From Basidiobolus meristosporus CBS 931.73 (lineage: Eukaryota > Fungi > Basidiobolomycota): a DNA stretch of 64,000 nt. Of the stretch, positions 49,201 through 63,469 are shown in pieces (within the stretch, counting starts at the first letter, position 1; every line of letters begins with the position of its first letter). Under the pieces are notes generated by a model. It was not told where the DNA came from. It saw only the letters and a program-made list of their open reading frames with translations, and made no database searches. Location of the stretch: the NCBI GenBank assembly GCA_002104905.1, contig MCFE01000091.1:62001-126000 (forward strand). The letters are read 5' to 3'. Made by a program: the position numbers and the translations under genes.

Positions 49201-52200
49201 TGTTTCAACACTTTAAGAACATGGCAGAGAAAGAAACTGGGTTTAAATTAAAGATACTTCAAAGTGACAATGGTGGGGAATGCTGCTCAAAGGAGTTTGC
49301 AAAATACTGCTCATCAACTGGTGTACTACAACAGACCACTGTTACACATACTCCACAGCAAAATGGAGTAGCAGAAGATGCAAATAGAACAATAGCAGAT
49401 ATGGGGTGATTTTGCTACATGATAAGGGAGTGGACTACAAGTTCTGGGCTGAATCTGTTATTGCCGCAGTTTACCTCAAGCATATATGCCCAACAAGGGC
49501 ACTACATGATTCTACTCCCTTTGAAGCACATACATGCAAACATATGGACATCCAGCACCTCAGGATCCTTGGCAATGGTGTCTTTTATTACATCCCTGAC
49601 AAACAACACTCAAAGCTGGAACCAAAGGGTAGAGAAGGGATCTTTCTTAGGTATTGTGATGATACTAAAGGGTATAGCATGTATGATGGCAAAACTCAGA
49701 AGCTGATCAAGAGCAGGGACATTGTATTTGAGGAAATTTCAGATCAGAAAACCACTGAAATCGTTGGCCAGTTGCTGGATAGTGCAATCAACATTGCTGA
49801 AGAGAATACAGACCAAATTCATCCAGATATGGAAGATGACTCTACCATTTCCAGATCATGGCATATTATCCTAGTTAGGAGATCCACCAGAATAAAAAAT
49901 GCCTCCAGATCCTGGTGGCAGATATCCAATGATGAAGAAGAAGCTTATTTTGCCTTATGTGCCAAACTCCAGAATCTGAAACAGGTAATGCAAAGTCTAG
50001 ATGCTACTATATGGCAACAAGCTGTGCAGGAGGAGTACTAATCACTGAGCAAGGCAAAAATGTGGGAACTGGTTGTTAACCAAATGGGAGAAAGTCAATA
50101 GGACGTAGATGGGTCTATCAGATCAAGATAACCTCATATGGTACTGCTGATAAGTACAAGGCTAGATTGGTGGCTAAAGGCTATTTGCAAAAGCAGGGAC
50201 TAGACTTTAAGGAAACATTTACCCTGATTGCCAATTTTAACTTCAGTAGGACAGTTCCAGCCATGGCAGCTGGACAATGTCTAGATTTACTCCAAATTCA
50301 CATAAAAGCAGCCTTTCCAAATGGGGATTGGCAGGAAACTATATGTATATGGATCATCTACAAGGTTTTACCAATCCAACAGGCCCCATGAGGTGTGCAG
50401 ATATTAGAAACTGCTGTATCAGCATAGGCAGGCACCTAGAGCATGATATATCAAGATTGAGACATACCTAGAGCAGATTGAGCTCATTTGTAGCACTGCA
50501 GATCACAGTTTATGTGTGAAACAGCTCAAAAAGGGTATGAACATCCTGGTCCTTTATGCAGACAACCAAATAATAGCTACAGGTGACCAGGAGGCACTAA
50601 AACAATAAAAGATTGAGCAAATCTGAGCCAGTTTAGGTGAAAATGGCTCAAGTATGGACCAAAACTTGCCCTATCAGCAAATTATTGGTAGCCCAATGTT
50701 CTTCATGGTGTCTACAAATCTAGATTTTGCAGTAGCTTATGGAAAAGTCAGTCAATCCATGCAGACATATGGATCAGATCAAATTAGAGCAGTTAAGCAG
50801 ATTTTCAGATATCTGCAAGGTACCATAAATATGGTACTGTAATATTCTGAAGCAGCTAATAAGCATAAGTTTGATTTCCATAGTAATTCAGATTGTAGAA
50901 GGGATTTGATTGACCAACACTCTACTGCTGGGTATGTATTACTTTATGATGGTGAGGCTATTACTTGGAAATACAAGTAACAACCATCTGTGGCCCTATC
51001 TACAATTGAAGCTGAATATACGGCTCTTTTGCAAGCAGCTAAGGAGGCTATATGGCTACAGAAATTATTCAAAGACTTGGGCTTTAGTCCAGATGAGCCA
51101 ATATGTATTTACAAATATAATTAAAGTTGTATTTCATTAGCTATAAGTCCTACTAATCATACCAGAGTTAAGCACATATATGTACATTGCCACTTTGTGA
51201 GGGAAGCTGTTTAAAATAGCAAAGTAGAGTTGGCTTACTATCCAGTTGACAAAGTGGTGGAAAATATATTGACAAAACCATTAGCTAGACCACAACTTGA
51301 GAATCTCAGAGAGGAATTAGGATTAAGAAATTATTTAGTTGAGGGAGAGTGTTGAAATATTGGACTATTTAGTATCATTCAGCAGTTAAAAATCACTTAA
51401 CAACTCTAGATTAGTCTCAGTCACTGTAGGACTAATTTACAGTCCCAACTCTGCCAGTTCCTTCAGGTCTATGATCTTGTGATTATTCCACTTTGGTCAA
51501 GAGCAAATTAACAATTTCTACCAAACATTATTTATTAGCTCCAAAAATATTACCAAATACCCCTAAATGTTGAGAAACCCTCCTTGAGTAGTGTTACAGC
51601 TGTAATACATCTACAAAGGTATAAATACTGACCTACTTTATCATTATACTACAGTTCAACTAAAATCACTATTTCTTGATAAGTTCCTTATTTTCAAATC
51701 ACTTTTTAAAATGCAACAGAAACATGGAGGATGAACTTCAAGAAGACTCAGAGCTCACCTCACATATCATAGAGGCATTTTGATCCCAAATGACTTCAAA
51801 CTCAGAAAGCTATTATACTTGAATGGAGTAATCAATGGTAACCTGCCAGGATTATGTTTGACACAGGAGTATTGCATGAGTCTACATCAGAGCAATTTGT
51901 CTTGAATGCTGGAATCAACTCAGAGCCCACCAAAGCAACTTAAGTCTCAAAAGCGGATGGGAACCCTTACTTAATCAATCATAATACTCTGCCAGTAAGA
52001 ATAAAGATCAATGACTATGAAGAAGACCTCTAGGTCTACATACCTGGGAACTGCAAATTTGATCATGTACTTGGGAAAACATGGCTATTCTGCTGTAATC
52101 CATCAATTAACTGGAGAACCATGCCACCCCAATCCAAAGAGACAACAATACTGATCAGGTCTTACCTGCCAGACTGGATTCAGATTGACCAACTACAGTT

Positions 52201-52242
52201 TGTGTAAAAATATTGAACTTAGCAAAATTCATATCCATGGGG
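46253..52242 (+). mobile_element. Gypsy-C partial copy (LTR ~46253-46621, gag to 47220, protease 51719-52242), split by Copia-B
   Basis: PBS ttggtagcagc at 46622. The gag/protease sequence resumes after the GAAAC TSD. Confidence 0.8.
47221..51718 (+). mobile_element. Ty1/Copia family B element with both LTRs, degenerate (LTRs 47221-47598 and 51350-51718)
   Basis: 5-bp TSD GAAAC and PBS GGTTATAAGCCC. gag MLIHLKERKLWKI, protease WYIDSKASQH, integrase HSDLYGCM..QSDNGGEC..TPQQNGVAE, RT and RNase H, PPT tttagttgagggagag. Confidence 0.93.
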
Positions 52243-55200
52243 TGTTATGATCTACCACTTGAATGTTTAGGTTAGATCAGCTTTTAGTCAAATCAATTAG
52301 TTATATGGTAAGCCTATCAGTAAATCAGTGTTATCTATCAAATCAGTAGTATTAGTCAGCAAATGAAAGATCAGATCCTTATCAGACAGAAATAGGTATA
52401 TTATGCAGGATCTTATTGGGTGATGATAATGCAATCAAATGACTCATCAGTTACAACCTACATTAGGCAATACAATTAGTCAGCAATTGATTTGGCAAAA
52501 TGTATGTAAGGAGCTGCTGGAACCTCAATACAAATCAGTTCAAGTTTTTGTGATTACAATACTGGCTAAACTCTGCTTTCCTCTACAACTCTTATATCAA
52601 GACTTGTAACATTGGTAGCAGCAATAATCAGAAACTTCCCCAAGAAAGAAGCAGCCTTCCTCAAGATGTTCAATAATGAAGTATGGAAGAATACTATGCA
52701 GCAGATCCTGGCCCAGCAGCAGCAGTTACTCCAGATCCTTAGCCAGCTACAGCAAGTAATGACTACCATGGCCCAAAGCCAGCAAAACCCTGTCAGTAGC
52801 AACTTTGGTGTGAAGGTCAAAGAGTACCATGGTAAAGTCAATGAAGACATGGGAACCTGGCTCTTTCAGATTGGAGAAGCTTTCAAGGCTGGGGGAGTTG
52901 CTGCAGAAATAAGTTACATTATGCAGCCTCTTACCTGGCAGATTCAGCTTTACAGTGGTACTATTACTAGATCAGCTCAGCCACCATGATGGGATGCTCT
53001 ACAATCTCTACCTGGGGTGAGTTTGTGCTGGAAATTCAGATTGCTTTTGAACATCAACACCAGCAGTCACTGCCAAGAAGAAAGTTGAAGACACTCTGAA
53101 AGAAAGGAATGATTCAAGAGTACTTCTATTAATATAAATATCTACTTGGTCATATTGAAAGAATGAACCCCTGGATCAAGTGGAATACTTTATTGATTGA
53201 TTGAAATATAGAACTTGCAAAGAAGTGAATTATCAAAGACATCAGACAATTGAAGAAGCCATCAAGATTGCTGTTGACTATGACTCAGCTATGTTTGGAG
53301 TTGGGGAGCCCACAAAGACTAATCAGAGAGGCTACAATCACAATGAAAGAAGACAATCAGAAGCAGTGCCAATGGATATAGATTCTATGCAGAAGAATTC
53401 TCCCACTGAAGAATGCAAGAAAAAAGGAATTTGCTATAATTGCCACCAGCAGGAAAATATTGCAAAGTGCTGCCATTGGGGGAGAAACAGTCACTAGCCA
53501 TCAAGAACCTTCAACCATGTTGAGACCCTTGAGCATAGTAACATTTGGGGATGAGCTTGAAGAAGACTCAGAACTCACCTTCCATATGACAGAAGAATAC
53601 CTATCCCAGATGGCCTTGAACACAGGAAAGCTACTATATTTGAATGGAGTAATTGATGGAGTGCCTGCCAAGATTGTGATTGACTCAGGAGCATTGCATG
53701 AGTACATGTCAGAGCAATTTGCTTTGAAGGCTGGAATCAACTTGGAAACCAACAAATCAACTTTATTGCCAACAGCAGAAGGGAACTCTCATATAATCAA
53801 CTATATTACACAGCTACTGAGGATAAAGATCAATAACTATGAAGATGACCTATATGCCTATATGTTTGGGAACTGCAGGTTTGACCTTTTACCTGGAAAA
53901 ATCTAGCTAATCCTTCCACTCCAGCACCCCAGAAGGTCCCGGCCCCCTTGAAGGAACATTCAGATGTATTCCCAGATGAACTTGCAAACCTACCACAAGT
54001 CAGAAATGTATATCATGCCATTAACACAAGAGATAGCACACCAGTGAGTAAGACACCTTACAGAATGAGTCCATTGAAGTTGGAAGGGATGAAGAGATAA
54101 GTTGATCATTTATTAGAGCAAGGATATATCAGACCCAGCAAGTCACCTAGGGGAGCACCAGTGCTTTTGTGAAAAAGAAGGATGGAGAACTTAGACTGTG
54201 CATTAATTACAGAGACCTCAACTTGGTTACCATGAAGAATAAGTACCCTATTCCTTGGATTGATGAGCTTTTGAACTAACTCTATGGAGCTGCCATATCC
54301 TGAAAGATTGGCCTTATAACAGGATACTATCAGATTAGGGTGAGACAGAAGTCATCCCTAAGACAGCATTCAGGACTAGTTATGGATATTGCAAGTACTT
54401 AGTCATCAGTTTTGGCCTTGCCAATGCCCTTGCAACATTCATGGCCTTGTTGTAGACTGTCTTACAGGAGTACTTTGAAAAGATTGTGATAATCTACCTA
54501 GATGACATACTGATATACACCAGGACAGAAGAGGATCACTTGATCCACATTGAAAAGGTCTTGAAGAAGGTAAGAGAGAACAAGCTATATGGAAAGCTGC
54601 CCAAATGCAAATTCTTCAAGGAACAAATTGAATATCTGGGACACATAGTGACTAGTGCAGGAGTGATCTTAGACCATAAGAAGGCTAAAGTTATCAAGAA
54701 TCTCAAGCATCCCTATAGCATAATAGAACTCAGATCATTCCATGGAATGGTCTCCTTTTGTTGGAGATTTGTCAAGTCCTTTGCAAGTATTGCAGCCCCT
54801 TTGACCAATATCCTCAAGAAAGACAACACCTTCAAGTGGGACAAAGCCTGTGAGACTGCCTCTTAGACTCTCAAAAATGAACTTGCTAAACTGCCACACT
54901 TAAGAATACCTGACTTCAGAGAGAGTTTACTTTGAGCACAGATGCTTCAGATTATGCAATTGGGGGAGTGTTGAGCCAAGAACACAAGGGAAAGGACTGC
55001 CCAGCTGCCTCTGAATACAAGAAACTGAACTCAGCAGAACAGAACTTTCCAGTGCAGGAGAAGGAGATGTTTGCTATAATTCACTGCTTGAAGACATGGA
55101 GATGCTATATAGAAGGAGCCATATGCACTGTGACAACTGATCATGCCTCCCTCAAATATATATTTACTCAGAAGGTACTCTGCAGAAGTATGACAAGAAG

Positions 55201-57140
55201 GAGTGAATAAACTCAGCAATTTGATTTGGAGATTGTCCACTGCCCCAGGAAAAACAACACTTATGACTTATGGGATATAGCCAGCGCAACTGCCTTATGG
55301 ATGCTCAAGAAGGAACTTGCTAAGCCACCAAGTTTAGGAATACCAGACTTCAGAAAAGTGTTTACTTTATGCACAGCTGCTTCAGACTATGCAATTGATA
55401 GAGTACTGAGCCAAGAACATGAGGGAAAGGACTAACCAAGTGCATTTGAGTAGAATAAACTGCACCAAGCAGAATAAAGCAATTCAGTGCATGAAAAGGA
55501 GATACTTTCCATAATACACTGCTTGAAGACCTGGAGATATTGCATTGAAGGAGTCAGGTGCAAACTGTCCATGCCTCACTCAAGTATACATTGGACTTGT
55601 TCCATCATTCCAGCTGATCATAGTGCCCAATTGTGCCATAGCATGCCAGATGGAGCATCATCATGCCACAGAGTGCCGGATGCGCCATACAGTGCCAATT
55701 TGGGATCAAAATTGACATGCATATGACCCTAAAATATCAAATTAATAACAAGATATACAGCACTTTCTGGCACTATGATCAATGGCACAATGGAACAAGT
55801 CTATTTACTCAGAAGGTACTATCAGAAGAATGTCAAGATGGAGTGGATAAATTCAGCAATTTGACTTGCAGATTGTCTACTGTCCTGGGAAAAGCAATAC
55901 AGTTGCTGATGCCTTATCAAGATTAGAACAAGTTGCACAACGCAACCTGGTGCATGTATTGGATTGGCCTAGCTTATTACGAAAGTACTTGGATGACTAA
56001 GCCATTCATAATGAGTTAGATGAAGAGATTAACAAGAAAATCCAGGATGAAGCCAGCAAACCATTAATACAGGATTGAAAACTCCACCAAATTGTTGATG
56101 GAAGCCATATTGCCTATTGCCCTTATGTTGCTTGCCTAGATTTGATGCATAAGCTACACAAGGTATATGGACATCTTTGAATTGAAAGAACTTATAGCTG
56201 TGGGAATGCCAGAGCATGGTGTCCAAGAATGAAGCAAGATATTGAGAAGCTAGTGATAAAATGTCCAAATTGCCAAAACAACCAAGACAACCACTAAGAG
56301 TTATTTACTCTTTCTCCTGGAGCCTGTAGGATCATTTGAGAGATGAGGAACTGACTTTACTGGAAGACTGCCAACCACTAGGAAATACAACTTTTGGATA
56401 CTAGTAGGAATTGAACATGCCACTATATGAACCATGGTGAAAGCAGTACCTGTAGCCATTGAACAAGAAGTTATAGTATGTATCTACCAAAAGATCCTTA
56501 CAAAGCTTAGATGCCCTGTAAAAACTTCATCCAATTGAGGAGCAAGCTTTGTGGCAAAGACGTTGGAAGTTTAGCTAGAAACAAGGCAGATCAAACACTT
56601 AACAACCCTGGCATATCACCCTAGAACTAATGGAGTCACTGAGAGGTTTAATTGATTATTTGGAAAAGCACTGACCAAGTATGCAAATGCAGCAGTCAGT
56701 AGATGGGATGAGTATTTGGACTAAGCACTTCTTGCCTGCTGACTCAGAGTGCATACCATCACCAAACAATAGCCATTTTACTTGGTGTATGGATGCAAAA
56801 CAAGGATCCCTGGAGATCTAACACAACCAAAGCTTACAGATGCCTCAGAAGATGAGCTCAGCCAGCCAAGTAGATACCAGCAGCTGAAACAAAGATATCA
56901 GGAGGCACAGGTCAAAGTATTGCAAAGTGATACAAAGTCAAAGCAGAGATATAATAAAATTATATCACCAGAAGCATTGATAGTGGGCATATTTGTATTG
57001 CTGAGAACAACACTTGGAAGAAGTTTGAGCCACTGTGGACAGGATGTTTCAAAATCATTAGAGAATGTCTTTTGGAACTTGTCAACTAGTGGACAAGCAA
57101 GATATTACCTGGGAAGATTTAGTGATAGTTACCATCCTGG
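52243..57140 (+). mobile_element. Gypsy-C copy with 5' LTR (52243-52611), gag, PR, RT, a duplicated RNase H and integrase; no 3' LTR
   Basis: PBS at 52612 and peptides YLDDILIY and TDASDYAIGGVLSQ. Collinear with the reverse complement of 38212-43578. Confidence 0.9.
55593..55802. mobile_element. 210-bp MITE, GACTTGTTCCAT TIR, TSD ATT
   Basis: Near-identical to 8700-8910. Removing it restores the Gypsy sequence caagtatacatttactcag. Confidence 0.9.
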
Positions 57141-57164
57141 ATAGCCAGCAGACAGGTTTCACAC

Positions 57165-58551
57165 CCTTGTAGCAGCCCTAGAGTCCAGAACTGAAGACAT
57201 GACCTTGTCACATATACGGACAGCCTTTGGATGAAGAATTAAGAAAATTAAGCACCAACACAAAGGAAAATGAATATGCTTCAATAAGCAATGATAACAA
57301 CCAAAGGAGATACTTATGACCCTTGTAAGGCAAGAGCAACCTGTCATGTAACTGTTGCAAAACAAAAGGACACACATTGGGGTGGTAGCGCAAAAAGTGA
57401 AATAATCAGCAATAAAATCCTAAATATGGAAATGCTGCAATAATTCAAAAACAGAATAAAAGAATAATCATATCTGCACTCAATTTGACCACAAACAAGG
57501 ACTCCCAGACATGTTGTATCAACTCTGGAGCGTTTCAACGCTTTACTCCTCAAAAACAACTTTGGAAATCAGTCATAATTTGAGCCAAAAAGTATAAAAT
57601 GCTTATTTTTAGGCTAATGCAATAAGAGTAGGGCATACTGACTCAAAAATACCAAAGCAAAGAAGCTGCGTATATTGAGACCTACATACTGGTATCCAAG
57701 TTTATTTCTTTCAGACTTATATTGACTATTGCAGCCAAATATAAGCACTATATATATCAGATGGATGTAAAAGTGCATTTTAGAATGGAGAACTCAATGA
57801 GGATGTGTATATGAACCAACCTGATGTGTTTGCTGATCAAGATAATCCCATTTGGTCTGCAAGTTTATAATATCTCTGAATGGATTCAAGCAAACACCCA
57901 GAGCCTGGAATTGCAAGATAGATTCTTATTTGGAATTTTTGAGTTTCGGAAGGAGTGATGCTGACTATTATATTTACTATAAGCCAGATAGTCCAGATCC
58001 TGCTTTATGAGCTTTACATTTGGATGATCCTATTATAGCTCCTAATAACCTAGAAATATCAGAAGAAGCTAAATCCAATTTATCTAAAGAGTTCAACATA
58101 TTTAGTCTAGGGGAACTCAGTTACTACTTACAGATAAAGTTTTCTATAAACAGTTGTACCCAGACTATCACCCTGAGCCAATCCTGTGAACAAGCAGATA
58201 CCCCAATAGAGAAAAACCTTCACTTAGTCAAAGCCAAAACAAATCAATAGAGTCACTGATATCATCATCTTCATATCCTAGAGAATCCTGACTAATTTTT
58301 TTGTTGGGACTTACTTCAAATCTTTTTACCAAGACATCAGGTACCCATAACATTAAAATTCTCAAAATCATCCAAATAGTCCCAAACTTTGCACACATAT
58401 TCTTAGGATCTTCCTAAGCATTTTCTATGTGTTTTCTATGCCAAGACCATGCAAAGGTCTTAATACTTTCTTTACATCAAATAAATCATCAAGTGAAAAT
58501 CATAAGACCTACTTGTTCTCCCAATCACTTACAATATCTCCAAGACTTTTA
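57165..58551 (+). mobile_element. Multiply deleted Copia-A derivative (gag, integrase and RT pieces; LTR relic ~58270-58551)
   Basis: Segments match 12105-12470, ~13580-13660 and ~14250-14850, followed by an LTR-A body. Confidence 0.8.
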
Positions 58552-61500
58552 TGTTACAAGTCTTGATATAAGAGTTATAGAGGAAAAGGGAGTTTAGCTA
58601 GTATTGAATTCACTAAAACTTGAACTACTTTTTATTGAGGTTCCAGCTGCTGCTTATATACATTTTTGCCAGATCAATTGCTGACTAACTGTATTTCCTA
58701 ATGTAGGTTGTGGCTGATGACTCATTTGATTGCATCATCATCACCCAATAAGATCCTACTTAATATATCTATTCCTGTTTGATAAGGATCTGCTGAATCA
58801 TCTGCTGACTAATGCTACTGATTTAATTGATAACACTGATATACTGATAGGCTAATCATATAACTAATTGATTTGACTAAGAACAGATCTAACTTAAACA
58901 TTCAAGCGGTAGTTCATAACATTCTCCCCTACTAAAGTTGAGAGGGTTCTCCTAAATCTCTATTCTTATGATACCAATATCTTGCTGGTTCAGTATTGTT
59001 GGCAAGTCTTGCAAGCTCAAGTCTGTCTCTATGAACTAAGTCTTCCCAGATATTTCCTTGTTTGTCCACTAGTTGGTAAGTTGCAAATGGACATTTTCTG
59101 ATGATCCTAAGATGACCCATTCATTGTGGCTCAAACATCTTCCAGGTATTGTTTCTCAGCAATACAAAGCTTCCAACTATCAATGATTCTGTTGATATAG
59201 TTGTGTCAAATCTCTGCTTCATCTTTTCTGCACTTTGAGATACTTTGGCCTGTGCCTGTTGATGTGTTTGTTTCAGCTGCTGGTGTCTACTTGGCTGACT
59301 GAACTCATCTTCTAAGGTGTCTGTAAGCTTTGGTTGTGTGAGATCTCTTGGAATTGTTGGTTTACATCTATACACTATGTAAAATAGCACTAAGTAAAAT
59401 AGCAATTGTTGGGTGGTGTTGTGTACTCTAACACTGCATGCAAAGCATGCTTAGTCTACATACTCATCCCATCTACTAACAGCTCCACTTGTATACTTTG
59501 TCAGCATTTTTCCAAATAATCCACTAAGCTGCTCAGTGACTCCATTAGTTCTAGGGTGATATGCCAAGGTTTTCAAGTGTCTGATGTGCTGCATTTCCAG
59601 GTAAGCTTCCAATGTCCTTGCCATAAATTTTGCACCTCTATGATATAGAATCTCTGCAGCGCATCCAAACATCATAAGGATATCCTGGTAGATGAAAACT
59701 GCAACTTCTTGCTCACTGGCTACAGGTACTGCTTTGGCCACAGGCTGTTTAATGGCATGGTCAATTGCTACTAGGATTCAACAGTTGCACTTCCCAGTAG
59801 TTGACAGTCTTCCAATAAAGTCAATTCCCCATCTTTCAAATGGTCCTATTGGCTCCAAGGGAAAGAGTTTGGCAATTCTCTGTGGTTGCCTTGGTTGATT
59901 TGGCAATTTGGGCATGTTTTCACTGGCTTCTCAATGTCTTGTTTCATTTTGGGCCATCATGCTCTGGCTTTCACAAGGCTATAGATTCCTTCAACTCCAA
60001 GATGAACATATCCATTGTGTAGATTATGTATTAAATCCAGGCAAGCAACATAAGGGTAATAGGCAATAGGGCTCCCATCAACAATTTGGTAGAGTGTTTC
60101 ATCCTGTACCACAAATTTGCTGGCTTCATCCCAGATTATCTTCTTGATCTCTTCATCCACCTCATTAGGAATGGCTTGGTCCTTCAAGTACTTTGGTTGT
60201 AGGCTAGGTCAATCTGATTCATGCACCAAGTTAAGTTGTGCAACTTGTTCTAATCTTGATAAGGCATCAGCAACTGTGTTGTTTTTCACAGGGCAGTTGA
60301 CAATCTCCAAATTAAATTGCTGAATGTATTCACTCCTTCTTGTCTTTCTTCTAGAGAGTACCTTCCAAGCAAATATATACTTGAGGTGGGCATGGTCAGT
60401 CTTCATGGTGCATTGGATCCTTCAATATAGCCTCTCGATGTCTTCAAGAAGTGTATCATAGCAAGCATCTCCTTCTCATGCACTGGATAGTTTTGTCAAT
60501 GTGCACCATGTGATCTTCTTCTGTCTTGCTCTATATCAATATGTCATCTACGTAGATTATCACAATCTTTTCAAAGTACTCCTGTTAGACAGTCTGCAAC
60601 AGGGTCATGAATGTTGCAAGGGCATTGATGAGGCCAAAACTGATGACTAAGTACTTGCAATATCCATATCTGGTCCTGCAAAAGAGTCTGGACCTTCTGG
60701 GGTACTGGAGTAGAGGAATCCTCCTGTAATACTGCCATGAGGAACATCTGGGTGCCTTTTCTAAGTGCTCTACAGAGCTGTGTCTTGCTAAGTTCACTTG
60801 TTTCACACACTCTGGAATTGACCCGGTTAAGATCTAGTCTGGCAGGTAATAGCACATAGGTCTTGTTGTACTGCTGGATCTGAGTAGCATAGGCTCTGCA
60901 GTGGATTGATGGATTACAACAAAATAGCCTGATTTTTCCAAGTACAAGGTCAAACTTGCAGATCCCAAATATACAGGCCTGTAGGGCTTCTTCATTGCCA
61001 TTGATCTGCATCCTTGCTGGCTCAGTAACATGGTTGATTATAAGAGAGCTCCCATCAGCTGTTGAGACTGAAGTTGATTTGGTGGGTCCCAAGTTGATTC
61101 CAGCTTTCAAAGCAAATTGCTCTGACATGTACTCATGCAATGCTCTTGAGTCAATCATGATCTTGGCAGGTACTCCATTGATTAGTTCATTGAAATATAA
61201 TAGCTTTCCTGTGTTCAAGGCCATCTGGGATAGGTATTCTTTTGTCATATGGAAGGTGAGTTCTGAGTCTTCTTCAAGCTCACCCTCCATGTTACTATGC
61301 TCAAGCGCTTCAATCTGGTTGAAGGCACTTGATGGCTGGTGTCCATTTCTTCTCTGAGGGCAGTACTTTGCAATATGTCCCTGCTGGTGGCAATTGAAGC
61401 AAAGTCCTTACTTCTTACATTCTTCTGAGGTAGGATTCTTCTGCATAGCATCTATTTCCATTGACACTGCTTCTGACTGTCTTCTTTCATAATGATTGTA

Positions 61501-61848
61501 GCTGCTTGGATTAGTCATTGTGAGCTTCCCAACTCCAATCATAGCTGAGTCACAGTCAATGGCAATCTTGATGGCTTCTTCAATAGTCTGGGGTCTTTGA
61601 TAATTCACTTCCTTGCAAGTTCTTTCTTTCAACTAATCAGTAAAATATTCCACTTGATCCAGGGAGTCCATTCTTTGAATTTGTCTAAGTAGACATCTGT
61701 ATTCACAGATGTACTCTTGAACCATTCCTCTCTGTCTGAATGTCTTCAACTTTCTTCTTAGTAGTGTCTGCTAGTGTGGAGGTTCAAAAGCATTCTGAAT
61801 TTCCAACACAAACTCATCCCAGGTAGAGATTGTAGAGCATCCCATCAT
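58552..61848 (-). mobile_element. Gypsy-C copy, 5'-truncated with internal deletions; 3' LTR 58552-58921
   Basis: PPT next to 58922. gag [15 protein letters not shown], protease IDSRALHEY, integrase HPRTNGVTE. Confidence 0.9.
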
Positions 61849-62129
61849 GGGAATGTATAAAAATGTATGGATTTTATGGAAAATGTGATAAAAGATGAAT
61901 TTTTATCACAAAACAAATAATTACCAACTGCAACATACCAATTATGTGATGATACAACAATGCTAACAAATGGAACAAACTATATGTTGTTTAATGTACA
62001 ACAATTTTTCTATTATATTTGTAGGAAGAAGAATACAGGCAAAAAGAAGGAGAAGGAGGAAAACAAGGTTTAGTAAGATAAACAGTTAAAACTAAAACAA
62101 GGGTTGCAGATAAATAAGGCAGTAGAAAC

Positions 62130-62366
62130 TGTTGTAAAAATTTGTATTTCCACCTAAATATTCACCTAACTTAGTCACTTAGATCATTACCCTCAAATCC
62201 TAGAGAATACTGACCAAATTCCTTGTCGGGATTTACTTAGAATATTTTCACCAAAATACCAGGTACCCAGAACATGAAAATTCTCAAAGTTGTCTAAACA
62301 GCCCCAAACTTTGCACACATGTTCTTGGGACCTTCCTTAACCTATTCTACGTGTTTGTAATGCCAA
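62130..62366 (+). mobile_element. Copia-A LTR, 3'-truncated
   Basis: tgttgtaaaaatttgtatttccacc..gtgtttgtaatgccaa, joined directly to the foldback element. Confidence 0.9.
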
Positions 62367-62935
62367 ATCAATTTTTTAACCTTTTTTTTGGGATCAAAAT
62401 TGAGCATGATGTAAAAGAGCACAGACAGACTGAAGATATACATCTGGTACATAATACCTATGGCACTCTAAGTCTAGCCCCACAGGCTTGTAGCATGTCA
62501 CAAAAATGCATGGCACTATCTTGGTCCACTGGTACTATCTGGCACTATACTTAATTATTTGCCCTAAAGTAAGATCCATACAAAGCATTTATAGTACCAG
62601 ATAGCACCAGTGGACCAAGATAGTACCATGCATTTTTGTGACATGGTACAAGCCACAGGAGCTAGATTCAGAGTGCCATGGGTATTGAGCACCTAATGCA
62701 TGACTTCAATCCTTTTATGCTCTTACACATCCTGCACAAAACTGACCTAAAAAAAAGGTCAAAAAATGGATTTTCTCCAACACAATGGGTGAAACACAGG
62801 GGCAGCTTTGCATGAAGATGCAGAGCTATGTATCACACTCTGTGGCCATGTATAGGCTCACTTGGCCTCTCCGGCACACTAGGGCATTATTTCGCACTCA
62901 TGGCTCAATGTGGCACTATACAATGGAACAAGTCA
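62367..62935. mobile_element. Left-truncated foldback element of the 10905-11529 family
   Basis: Same 40-bp loop, inner arms, and a complete right arm ending atggaacaagtca. Confidence 0.9.
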
Positions 62936-62939
62936 AGAG

Positions 62940-63420
62940 CCATACTGTAGCTACTGCATCTCATTGCCTAATTCATGCTTTGGCACAAGCCCTATAGACA
63001 ATGCTACTTTGGTCTAATGCCATAAGAGAGAGAAAAAAGATCATGAGAGTATTGTTACAAGACTCCTGGCCATGAATTCCACAGAGAGCATTGGAATTAG
63101 TGCAAAATTACAGCCAGTAATTTGCCATACCAGTTGTATTAGAGCATTTGTTTTTCAATACTGTACAAACACCATCTTGCAGACTGCTTGATGCTTCTAT
63201 AATGGTACCTAGCCCCACTTATCACCTTATGCAAACTGAGTCAGGTGAGCTTGTGAAGCCTATTGGCTCACCTCAACATTCTGAATATGACCTGCAGAGT
63301 GATAGCTCTCTAGAAGAAGGCTAATTGATGGAGTCAAGTGAGCCCGGTAATCCATCTGTAGGTGAATGATGCAATTTTATGGCTAGAGAAGTGGCATGTT
63401 TCCACCATTATTGGTAATGA
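62940..63420 (+). mobile_element. CACTA-family N-terminal fragment
   Basis: ataatggtacc..caaactgagtcaggtgag..cagagtgatagctct matches 25490-25610. Confidence 0.6.
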
Positions 63421-63469
63421 GTGCTTTGAGGATTTACTACTACTTCTTGCCAAAATCATCCCACAATGC

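Noticed and set aside
61850-62129. AT-rich stretch as a possible core centromere or intron-containing gene piece
   Set aside because: It is only ~280 bp, with no repeat or motif support. It is left unassigned.
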